A DNA stretch of 37,889 nucleotides from a virus (IMGVR_UViG_3300042997_001733:1-37889), one strand, 5' to 3'; positions 10,501 to 17,695 are shown, counted from the stretch's first letter. The notes: generated by a model from the sequence alone, not told the origin. Program-made: numbers and translations.

Positions 10501-11877
10501 CTTACCTGCGCCCTCAATGCCCGCGCGGGCCTCTGCCTGCCGTTGCTGAGCCTGAACTCGCGCGACAGCCAACTGCGCCTGCGCAAGGCCCATAAGGGCA
10601 CCACTTTGAGAAGTGATCTTGCCGGTCGTGATGTCCATCACATTACCCAGGATGTTCTGGGCGTTGCCAACGGCATTGGACGAGAACTGCACTTGATCGA
10701 GGGCTTTCGACGCGCCCAGCAGCTCGTCGGCAAAACCCGCAGCGAGAACACTGGCGAGCGTCAGCGCGATGCCCCAAGGGCCATTCAGAAAGCGGCCGAC
10801 AGTACCCAGTTTGCCTTCAAAGCCGGTCAATGCCCCGGCCGCCTGAGGCGCCTGCATCGCAAACGCGCGTAGAGCGGAGGTGCCACCAACCACTTGCACT
10901 GCGAAATCCTGCAACTGGAAGCCAAGATTTTGCATGGCGGCACGAGACGCGTCCGTCGCCTGCCCGACATTGTTGTGCTGCCGGGAAAGCATCAGTTCGA
11001 CCCGCGCAAGCTCCTCGCCGCTGGCGCCGGCAGCCTGCATGACACGACGGGCTTCGGTCAGTTGATTATTCAAACGCTCCTGCGCTGCTGCTGCGGGATC
11101 CAAGGCTGCACGTAGATTGGCAAGGGTGGCAGCATCCCGCTGGGCGGCCGCATCCTGTTCACGCATCGCAACGATACCCTTGCGCGCCGCTGCCTCGAAC
11201 ATCTGATGGGCGAAAGCGGCTTCACGCAAATTCTGAGCATGAGCATCCGCTGCGGCCGCCTTTTCAGCGGCTTCAAATTCCCGCAACGCCGCGGCGCCTT
11301 CACGCGCCCTGGCCTCGAACATCTGATAGGCGAAGGCTGCTTCGCGTGTGGCGGTGGCTTCCCGCTCGGCAGCGGCGGCAGCCTGCTGCGCGGCCATGGC
11401 CTTATCCTCGGCCAGGGCCTCCGCCTCCATGCGCACCTTGCGCATAGCGGCAAATTCCTGATCGTACAGGGACGCTTCCTGCGCCAGCAACCTGTTGGCA
11501 AGGTCGAAATTACCGACGCGCTCGGCATCGGCGGCTTGCTCTTCCACCTTCAGGCGACGCAACTCCTCCCGGGTCAGACCATAGGCGGCGTTCTGACGTT
11601 CCAGTTGCCGCACTAGACGCTCGCCGGATCGCTCGATCCGCGCCGCCTCGCTGGCCGCCCTGAAGCTCGTCTTGGTCATCTCATTGCCGAGCGATGCCAA
11701 CTGAACCGTTGCGTTATCGACATTGATCATGCCGCCGATAGCGCGCTCGACCTTGGCAGCTTCCGCCACGATCCGGGCTTCGGTCGTGTTCATCGCCGTT
11801 TCGACCTGGCGCAACGTCTCGAACGCACCCTCCGCGCCGATCGCGAGATTGACGCCAAGGCCATCAGCATAGTCCAT
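7549..11877 (-). CDS. Tail tape measure protein
   Basis: About 1440 aa, Ala-rich and helical; lambda-type NLGFQLQDFAVQVVGG motif; hydrophobic segments; GGAG SD before ATG at 11877. Confidence 0.92.
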   Translation of the reverse strand: MDYADGLGVNLAIGAEGAFETLRQVETAMNTTEARIVAEAAKVERAIGGMINVDNATVQLASLGNEMTKTSFRAASEAARIERSGERLVRQLERQNAAYGLTREELRRLKVEEQAADAERVGNFDLANRLLAQEASLYDQEFAAMRKVRMEAEALAEDKAMAAQQAAAAAEREATATREAAFAYQMFEARAREGAAALREFEAAEKAAAADAHAQNLREAAFAHQMFEAAARKGIVAMREQDAAAQRDAATLANLRAALDPAAAAQERLNNQLTEARRVMQAAGASGEELARVELMLSRQHNNVGQATDASRAAMQNLGFQLQDFAVQVVGGTSALRAFAMQAPQAAGALTGFEGKLGTVGRFLNGPWGIALTLASVLAAGFADELLGASKALDQVQFSSNAVGNAQNILGNVMDITTGKITSQSGALMGLAQAQLAVARVQAQQRQAEARAGIEGAGKLGFTDSFYGAFASKKTLQGSWTTQNLMASLLGGATDSKSVLRSLESLQQGGLITAETFAKAAASVANFAVEGENLKVYESAQRVLDGVGTSLDRGIILRAPKATKAAKETEAALKELLKTAEWLSATKAAAQGNVWSMAQDVAKRNSEWGKDMPTLGSQMIQEDEDAAKKLRAQQDLRQEVIGAFIADLDSVSDRVDVVAANMRDAFGSVGGAIGGLITVLDEYGKRQAEIDKQRELGGLSAKKQAGLRRQEADNQIAGMVALTSAAKGLFSEHSKGYKAMEAAEKALTVIQLARTAVDVAGGAARMFATLGPYAFPAVAAMLGVMASLGFGGGGSGGSLPKSNDGTGTVLGDASAKSESIKRAIDSLKEVDTVMLTYSRQMAASLSAIESNISGFAALVLRTDNVNASAGVNTGFSQDTTGKVLEGIITGGGLFSEIPVVGGIIGGIGSIIGSLFGSKTKVVGSGLYGGAQSLEDILSGGFDASYYSDIQKKKKLFGLTTSTKYSTQYSDADSGLENQFTLILREFNNAILAAAGPLGVATSEIQQKLNGFVVNIGKIDLQGLTGEEIEEKLTAVFGAAADDMAKAAFPGIEKFQAVGEGLFDTLVRVASTVESVTSSLTMLGSSASLMSVDLKMALADQFDSVSDFSSAVDSYFETYYTKEEQAAARTAQFATVFDSLGLAMPGTLAAFRQLVDAQDLTTAAGQVTYATLLQLAPAFADLQSALNGAKSAADILSERQDLEKQLLELQGNTAAIREMELANLDESNRALQQQIWALQDAQDAADAAQKLKDAWSSVGDSIMDEVNRIRGITDGTGTGSFAQLQGQFNAAVAAAKAGDQDAAGTLPSLSQALIQAAELAATSRQELDRVKAQTAATLESVYASVLALAGGTSSTGVATGTGAPTGTILEAAATAAQASATSSDSDSVIAELKALREEVAQMHSDNNSGHAANASNTGAIKRKFEDVTADSGGNAITVTGRAA

Positions 11878-11890
11878 CTGCGATCTCCAC

Positions 11891-11923
11891 GAAAAAGGGG
11901 CCACCGGGACCATCCCGGCAGCC
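11891..11923 (-). terminator. Intrinsic terminator-like hairpin between the rha module and the tape measure gene
   Basis: GGCTGCCGGGA...TCCCGGTGGCC stem followed by CCTTTTT on the - strand. Confidence 0.6.
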
Positions 11924-11961
11924 TACATTGCCCATCAACACGATTGCCGCCCGGCGGCGGC

Positions 11962-12738
11962 TCAATCTCTCAGCTTCAGCCCGTCACGATAGGTCGCGTT
12001 CGACCGCCGCGATGGATAGCCCAACGCGCCTAGCGATCGGCCGAAAGCTGGCAGGCTCAACACTTCCGCCCCCAAATCGGCGCACCACCGAACGAAATCA
12101 TTATACATCGTCATCGTCCTGATCCGGTTGCCAGGCGCCGCCATGGTGCGATCCTGCACCCATTGCAGCACTTGCCGAATAACCGGATTGCTCGCGGCCA
12201 TCACCTGTTCCGGCCCCGTATCTTCCGCTTGCTCCCATCCCAGTTCGCGCATCGCCATGATCGCGCCGGGGCGCCCGCGCGCCATCCGCATTTCGCGAAC
12301 ATAGGCCAACTGGATATTCGGCGGCTCGAACTTCATCCGCTCGACAAAGGCCAGCCCGGTATCGGCCGCCGGACGGGCGACGGGAAGCATATCTTCTTCC
12401 TCGTCGTCATTCACCGCCGCGCGCAGCGCCGCCTCCATCCGGTCGAATGCATCGATATAGGCAATCTTCCATTCCAGCGCCTTCGGCCCGGTGAAGCCCA
12501 TTGCCAGCAGGGTAAAACCCTTGCGATCCATTTCGTAATAATGGCTATCGCGCCGCGCAGACTTGCCAGTTTCAACCTGTACGATCATCCGTCCAAAATT
12601 GGACGCAAGATCATGTGCCTGGTCCACCAGCGTACGGATCGAACGCATCACATGCTGATGCTGCTTTCCAAACGACCGCGCCACATCCAGGCTGCTCGCC
12701 AGCACCGCGTCGCCGCGCACCTGCACCAGCGCGCTCAT
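11962..12738 (-). CDS. Rha family phage regulator fused to a C-terminal primase/D5-type winged-helix domain
   Basis: SSLDVARSFGKQHQHVMRSI and MDRKGFTLLAMGFTGPKALEWKIAYIDAF Rha motifs; C-terminus resembles the C-terminus of this phage's primase; ATGA overlap. Confidence 0.88.
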   Translation of the reverse strand: MSALVQVRGDAVLASSLDVARSFGKQHQHVMRSIRTLVDQAHDLASNFGRMIVQVETGKSARRDSHYYEMDRKGFTLLAMGFTGPKALEWKIAYIDAFDRMEAALRAAVNDDEEEDMLPVARPAADTGLAFVERMKFEPPNIQLAYVREMRMARGRPGAIMAMRELGWEQAEDTGPEQVMAASNPVIRQVLQWVQDRTMAAPGNRIRTMTMYNDFVRWCADLGAEVLSLPAFGRSLGALGYPSRRSNATYRDGLKLRD

Positions 12739-13265
12739 GCCCGATACTCCTTCATGATCAGCCGCTCGACATCCCACATGATCACGTCGAACATGGTCGT
12801 GGGGTCGCTACCGCCGTGCAGCTTATTTTCAGGCTCTTCCTGGATCGCCTGCATCTTTGCGTACAGCGCCGGCAGCGTGACGATCCGGCACGTCATCATC
12901 GAATATTCGGCACTGTCCGCTTCCGCGCAGTAACGGTCATTCTCGGCATCCGTAAGATAGGCCCCCGCATCGGCTGACTTCCATGCTTCCCGAACCTGCA
13001 TCCATTTGTCGCGCTGCGCCCAGAATATCGCGTCCACACGCTTCGATTGCAGGACAGGATCCTCCCATGCCTCTGCCTGATCGGCTGCGGCAACCACGGT
13101 CGGCAGCGCGGCTGCCGCTGGAGCCAGCAACATACCGGCCAGCACAGCACGGCGGGAGGGGGATCGCCGCCCGATATTTCCCGTTGGAATATCGGTAGCA
13201 TTGGCGGATTTACCGCCTACAATAACGCAATCGCCCGTGCTAGGGGCGGCAACAGCCTGAGACAT
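12735..13265 (-). CDS. Hypothetical protein with a twin-arginine-like segment
   Basis: GGAG SD; SRRAVLAGMLLAPAAAALP segment; translationally coupled to rha. Confidence 0.7.
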   Translation of the reverse strand: MSQAVAAPSTGDCVIVGGKSANATDIPTGNIGRRSPSRRAVLAGMLLAPAAAALPTVVAAADQAEAWEDPVLQSKRVDAIFWAQRDKWMQVREAWKSADAGAYLTDAENDRYCAEADSAEYSMMTCRIVTLPALYAKMQAIQEEPENKLHGGSDPTTMFDVIMWDVERLIMKEYRA

Positions 13266-13290
13266 GGGTCACTCCGTGTCGATGGTTAGG

Positions 13291-13370
13291 GCCGGAAGGA
13301 AGTTGGTAGCTTCCTTCCGGTCTGACCGTGTGTTATCAAAAACCCATGAGCGAAACAAGCGTTGATAACA
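13291..13370. promoter_or_regulatory. Divergent control region: 11-bp-stem hairpin plus a 9-bp inverted repeat (putative RHH operator)
   Basis: CCGGAAGGAAG...CTTCCTTCCGG at about 13292-13320; TGTTATCAA (13331-13339) and TTGATAACA (13362-13370). Confidence 0.6.
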
Positions 13371-13531
13371 AAAACCTTGGCGGCCGACCAAAAACAGGGG
13401 TTGGTCAGTTGATAGGCGTTCGCCTCCAACCTGATGACCTTGCGAATTTGGACTCATGGATTGCAGAGCAACCCGGTAAACTATCTCGCCCCGAAGCAAT
13501 CCGACGACTAATGGAAAAGGCTCTGCGTTAA
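13346..13531 (+). CDS. Ribbon-helix-helix (CopG/Arc-like) DNA-binding protein
   Basis: GRPKTG-x-IGVRL...LDSWI...SRPEAIRRLMEKAL pattern typical of RHH proteins. Confidence 0.85.
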   Translation: MSETSVDNKNLGGRPKTGVGQLIGVRLQPDDLANLDSWIAEQPGKLSRPEAIRRLMEKALR

Positions 13532-14214
13532 TTAACGCCATAGGATGCTAATAGCATCTCATCTCCACTTACCGTGACGTCTAATACGATATTATTGTCA
13601 GGTAATGTTGGTATAGATAAAACCTTCGCGACTGCGCCACATCCGCCGTCGTGAACCGCTTGGTGTAAAAAACTTCGTCTGGGAATGTATCCAATAACTA
13701 AACCGGTACATGTTTTAGCCACGATCGCTCTATTGTCGTGAGGGTTATCCGGTTCACGAAATAAAGTTACATTGTCCCCCTCGCGGCAATTTGAAATTGC
13801 GGTTAGGTAATTCGCTCCGCCCGCCAGCCTGATCGGGTATGAGCGCATAGGCCTTAGCTCGCGGGCCTTGCCCCATATTTCTTTAGCGCACCATTTTACA
13901 TACGGATCATCGGGGTCACCAGTTATTATCCGGACACTCACCACTCCATCCGGATATCGTTCGCAAGGGGGCAGTTTCCAAGCTACGTGACACATGAGCA
14001 AGGGAACGCCACTATGGATGCGCTTTGCGACCGCATTACGAGCGGTCAAAGTGCCCAGATACGATCCTCTACTATCAAAAAAATCAAGATGCTGGCCACG
14101 AGAAACAATCGTGACTGGGTCATTGTCCTCAGCGACGGAAATGGCAGCGCTCGCTTCCTTCGCCCCATTTAGCTTGTAGTTACCTTGGTCAAGCACCCAT
14201 TTCATGTTTGTCAT
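13528..14214 (-). CDS. HIRAN domain protein (moron)
   Basis: LAGGANY...VTLFREPDNPHDNRAIV...IGYIPR HIRAN signature; visibly AT-richer than flanks. Confidence 0.85.
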   Translation of the reverse strand: MTNMKWVLDQGNYKLNGAKEASAAISVAEDNDPVTIVSRGQHLDFFDSRGSYLGTLTARNAVAKRIHSGVPLLMCHVAWKLPPCERYPDGVVSVRIITGDPDDPYVKWCAKEIWGKARELRPMRSYPIRLAGGANYLTAISNCREGDNVTLFREPDNPHDNRAIVAKTCTGLVIGYIPRRSFLHQAVHDGGCGAVAKVLSIPTLPDNNIVLDVTVSGDEMLLASYGVN

Positions 14215-14256
14215 TTGGATAATCTCAGCGAGTCGAATCAGTTCGCATAAAATTAC

Positions 14257-14721
14257 CTAGCCCAGCACCATCCGCAACCGCGCCAACTCGACCTCCTTTT
14301 CCCGGTCGCTGATCGGCGCGCACCAAGGCGCTGGGCAATTCTCACTTTCGGCATTGCGGCCTTCGGCCACATAGGCAAGCGACAGGGAGCGGACCAGCTT
14401 GGCTTCCCACGGGAGCAGGTCGATGCCGGTGCGATTGCACCAGGCGTCGATGGCCTGCCAGCTGACCGGGCCTGATCCCATGCCGGCAGCCTCGGTCAGG
14501 CCGATTTCCAGCAGCCGAGCGATGATGTGGGGCATCGGATTGGGCGGCATTTGCGGGCCGATTTTGTCCCGCTTGAGCTTCTCCATCCGGCTGACCGGCG
14601 GCGGCTGATCCTTTGCCGCCGCGCGCTTCGTTCCAGGCGGCGGCTTTGGCGTGGCATGGAGCCACGCCAGCTGCCGCACGTAGAGCGTCAGTTCCCGCTC
14701 GGCGCGGGCTTGAAGTTTCCC
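14257..14721 (-). CDS. Tail assembly chaperone gpT part, expressed as a gpGT -1 frameshift fusion
   Basis: The -1 frame is open from the slippery site (GKLQARAERELTLYVRQLAWLH...); the ORF has no SD of its own. Confidence 0.8.
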   Translation of the reverse strand, partial: GKLQARAERELTLYVRQLAWLHATPKPPPGTKRAAAKDQPPPVSRMEKLKRDKIGPQMPPNPMPHIIARLLEIGLTEAAGMGSGPVSWQAIDAWCNRTGIDLLPWEAKLVRSLSLAYVAEGRNAESENCPAPWCAPISDREKEVELARLRMVLG

Positions 14722-15116
14722 CAGTCTTTTACCCCCTTCAGCACCTGCTGTGCGATGTTGCCGAGTGTTGGATCAGCATAGAGGGCTTGGAATAATTCCT
14801 TGCCCTGCTTTCCTCCAGCGGGCGGATAGCCGAGGTTTTCGAATGCGACGGTGATGTCGGCCAGATCCTCCGCCTGCTCGATCAGGCGCTGTTCGGGCGA
14901 TGCGACGCTGGGCTTGCCATCATTGTCCTGCATCCGCTTCAGCGAACGATTGGTCTGGCGCGCCTCGACGGCCGCATAGGCCTTGGAGCCAGGTCCATAA
15001 ATGACGATGCGCACGGGCTGCTCGCGGTTGGCGTCAGCGTAAAGATGCTCGCCGTCGAGGCCCTTGATGTGGATGGCAGTGGTATCGACCGCCGCCTGCT
15101 GAGTGATATCGTACAT
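14688..15116 (-). CDS. Tail assembly chaperone gpG
   Basis: Lies between tail tube and tape measure; AAGGA SD; ends WGNF over a GGGAAAC slippery heptamer. Confidence 0.82.
   Translation of the reverse strand: MYDITQQAAVDTTAIHIKGLDGEHLYADANREQPVRIVIYGPGSKAYAAVEARQTNRSLKRMQDNDGKPSVASPEQRLIEQAEDLADITVAFENLGYPPAGGKQGKELFQALYADPTLGNIAQQVLKGVKDWGNFKPAPSGN
14715..14721 (-). other. Programmed -1 ribosomal frameshift site G GGA AAC
   Basis: X XXY YYZ heptamer correctly phased with gpG codons; slippage joins the downstream ORF. Confidence 0.85.
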
Positions 15117-15214
15117 GATGTTCCTTTCGCGGGAAGGTGCACCAACCCGCCCCGCGACCCGCGATCTGCGGGGCGGGCTGATGCGAGTGGACCGGCAGAT
15201 GGGCCGGAAATTGG

Positions 15215-15655
15215 TTAGACGGACTTCACCACCTTCTTGCTGAGCTCGATCGTGGGATTTGCCATCACGATGCTGTCGGCATTGCCGACATTCTCGGGGA
15301 AGCCGAACGCGCGGCCCTGCGACCAGCGCTTTTCGCCGGTCGGATAGGTGACCTCGATCGAATAGAGCGCATTATTGTCGGGTTCGGCAGCGGTGCGCAG
15401 CAGCACCTGGCCGGCATCGTCCTCATCATAGGCCATGGAGGGCTGCAGCGATCCATAGTCGGTGCTGCCCTTATGCTTTTCCTTGGGGCCGTCGAGCGGC
15501 TGAAACTCGACCTTGTTCGTGGTCGCGCCGATCGTGCCGATCTGCTCGACCTTGCCGATCTTGGTGAAAGTCAGCGCGGAATAGCCGGTAACGTCTTCGG
15601 TGGTGGGCAGGGCGGCCGAGATGCCGATCGTCGTGCCCGCAGCAGTGGTGGACAT
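15215..15655 (-). CDS. Major tail tube protein
   Basis: 146 aa; FTKIGKV..IG..G....VEFQPL..KHKGSTDYG pattern of siphovirus tube proteins; position; AGGAG SD. Confidence 0.85.
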   Translation of the reverse strand: MSTTAAGTTIGISAALPTTEDVTGYSALTFTKIGKVEQIGTIGATTNKVEFQPLDGPKEKHKGSTDYGSLQPSMAYDEDDAGQVLLRTAAEPDNNALYSIEVTYPTGEKRWSQGRAFGFPENVGNADSIVMANPTIELSKKVVKSV

Positions 15656-15722
15656 GGTCTGTCTCCTGGTTGGAAAGCCGGTTCATCCGGCGAATGGTGT
15701 CCGCGCGGGCGGACGAAAGGGG

Positions 15723-15911
15723 TTAGGCCTTCTTGCTCTCGCTCTCGGCCTTGGCGGAAGCCGCAACCGGTTCGACGAGGCCGGCGGCCACGTAATTGGC
15801 CAGCTGACCCGGCGTCAGATTTTCGATGATCTGGTCGGCGGCATAACTGCCGCCCGTGCCCGCATCCTTGAATTTGCGAAGGGCCTTCGCCTTGGTGGTC
15901 GTCGACATCAT
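15723..15911 (-). CDS. Small hypothetical virion-region protein
   Basis: AGGAG SD before ATGATG; located between tail terminator and tube genes. Confidence 0.7.
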   Translation of the reverse strand: MMSTTTKAKALRKFKDAGTGGSYAADQIIENLTPGQLANYVAAGLVEPVAASAKAESESKKA

Positions 15912-15921
15912 TGTCTCCTGC

Positions 15922-16323
15922 TCAATCCTCCGCGTCCCAACTGACGCGGAAATCCTGTGTCTGTTCAAAGCTGTTTCCCGGGCCATTGAGACTTGGCCCC
16001 AATCCGGCGGTCAGGATCGAAACGCGCAACGCGCCAGCGATGTCGCCCGTCAGGCCAGCACAGCGCCGGCGGACCCAGCCGATCGCCGCTTTGCGATCCT
16101 TGACGGATGCAGCGCGCACGGTAACCGAAATACGGTCGGTGCGGCGCACCAGCTCCTCGCGCATCAGCACCTGACGGTCGACGCTGCTGGTTGTGCGCAC
16201 CAGCAGGGCCGGCAGCGTAATGCCGTCTGGCAGGCGATCTTCCTTGATGCGATCAGCCGGGATCGGATCCGCTTCGGTCAGGTCCGCGCACAACAGTGCG
16301 CCGATAATATCGGCCCCGGTCAT
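15922..16323 (-). CDS. Tail terminator / completion protein (DUF3168-like)
   Basis: Position after HK97 gp10; LPDGITLPAL...RISVTVRA pattern; ATGA overlap at 16323. Confidence 0.7.
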   Translation of the reverse strand: MTGADIIGALLCADLTEADPIPADRIKEDRLPDGITLPALLVRTTSSVDRQVLMREELVRRTDRISVTVRAASVKDRKAAIGWVRRRCAGLTGDIAGALRVSILTAGLGPSLNGPGNSFEQTQDFRVSWDAED

Positions 16324-16856
16324 GCATCGTCCCCTTCGTCTTTGCCGACAAACCGGCCCCGCGCGATGCGGGAATTGATATAGGCCTGCGCCGCGCGGAT
16401 CGCCTCGGCTTCCTTGATGTCGAGCGCAGGACGCAGGAACGGCTCTGGCCGCGCACCAGGGTGCCAGACGGTCGCGCCGACGAACTGACCGCCGATCACA
16501 AGCGAACCATCTCCGCCGGCAGCGCGGACCTGCTGGTTGATGCGGCGGACGCCCTGGCCACCGCGCTGGCTGTCGTCGACCGTGATGAAATGCGGATCGG
16601 TCCCATATTCCAGCCAGAGCGCGCGATACCAATTATAGCCGGGCTTCACAGTCACGGTGACGACGATCCGACCATCATCAGCCTTTGTCCTGACGACGAT
16701 ATCGCCCGCGACATCGTCGGACGCCGAACGATCCTTGGCCTCTTCGGCAATGACACGGCCGCCCGCGCGCCCTGCGCCGCGCAGGACGTCGGAAATCTGC
16801 TTGGGAAGGCCCGCGAAGTAGCTCTTCACCCCGTCCTTCCCGCGAACGGTCGGCAT
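16320..16856 (-). CDS. HK97 gp10-like tail completion protein
   Basis: WLEYGT and HPGARPEPFLRPALD motifs. Confidence 0.88.
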   Translation of the reverse strand: MPTVRGKDGVKSYFAGLPKQISDVLRGAGRAGGRVIAEEAKDRSASDDVAGDIVVRTKADDGRIVVTVTVKPGYNWYRALWLEYGTDPHFITVDDSQRGGQGVRRINQQVRAAGGDGSLVIGGQFVGATVWHPGARPEPFLRPALDIKEAEAIRAAQAYINSRIARGRFVGKDEGDDA

Positions 16857-17221
16857 CAGGCCGGATTGCCCGCAGGCCGATAATCCTCGACCATATATTC
16901 CTGCCGAGGCGGCCGCCCCTTCAACTCAGCGGGACCAGCGACAATCTGCATGATGCGGTCGCCATGGACGATCCGCATCGCGGCGGTGACGTCGGCGCGG
17001 CTCCGGATACGAACCCGCGCAGGCCGCCGGTGCATGTTGATGCCCTCCGCCAGGCTCTCGCCCCGGCTCGGCAGGATATCGACGATACCAGCCCAGACTT
17101 CGGCTACCAGCGTCCAACTGCCCGAACCTGCACCGTCAAAGCTTTCGTCGACCACCGGCTGCTCGATCCGCACGAAGCTATCCAGCTCGCGGGCGGTCGA
17201 TTTGTCGCGGCGACGGTTCAT
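16856..17221 (-). CDS. Head-tail adaptor / head closure protein
   Basis: W..VAEVWA...RVRIR...VTAAMRIVHGDR pattern; position. Confidence 0.85.
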   Translation of the reverse strand: MNRRRDKSTARELDSFVRIEQPVVDESFDGAGSGSWTLVAEVWAGIVDILPSRGESLAEGINMHRRPARVRIRSRADVTAAMRIVHGDRIMQIVAGPAELKGRPPRQEYMVEDYRPAGNPA

Positions 17222-17511
17222 GCGAAGGACGGCCGCGAATGGAAGCCGACCAAACCGCGCATCACGTCCTCATCGACGATCGGCGCGCCCGGATTGTCAT
17301 ATAGCTCCACGATCATGACCTTGATCGCCTGGATGACGCCAAAGGGCACCTCGCCATCGGCAAAGCCATCCTCGCCAGTGATGGGGCGCTGCATGAAGCC
17401 GGCGACCGCGTCGGTGGCAGCCGCAATGATGTCGCCCATCTGCGCGTCGGAAACCTCGGGTCCAACGCGCAGATGGGCGCGCGCAGCAGCAATGGTGATG
17501 ATGTCGGCCAT
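17218..17511 (-). CDS. Head-tail connector protein (HK97 gp6-like)
   Basis: ARAHLRV...IIAAAT...FMQR...VIQAIKVMIVELYDN pattern. Confidence 0.88.
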   Translation of the reverse strand: MADIITIAAARAHLRVGPEVSDAQMGDIIAAATDAVAGFMQRPITGEDGFADGEVPFGVIQAIKVMIVELYDNPGAPIVDEDVMRGLVGFHSRPSFA

Positions 17512-17533
17512 GACGATCGCCGCTGCCCCCTTA

Positions 17534-17695
17534 TTACTGGCCGGAACCTTCCGGTTCCTTGGGCGCCTTCGGCTTCACAGCCACAGCGCATTTGGCCTTG
17601 ATCAGCTCTTCTTCGGTCTTTTCGTCGAAGCCGGCGACATCATCCTTGTTGTAGAGGGTGCCGACCTGCGTCTGGGTCAGAAACTTCACAGCCAT
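17534..17695 (-). CDS. 53-aa hypothetical protein (MAVKFLTQTQVGTLYNKDDVAGFDEKTEEELIKAKCAV...)
   Basis: Strong AAGGAGG SD, ATG at 17695, double TAA stop; below the ORF-track length cutoff. Confidence 0.75.
   Translation of the reverse strand: MAVKFLTQTQVGTLYNKDDVAGFDEKTEEELIKAKCAVAVKPKAPKEPEGSGQ

Noticed and set aside
13346-14214. RHH plus HIRAN as a toxin-antitoxin pair (HipA/HIRAN-like)
   Set aside because: Genes are convergent rather than co-transcribed, and no kinase or toxin domain is present
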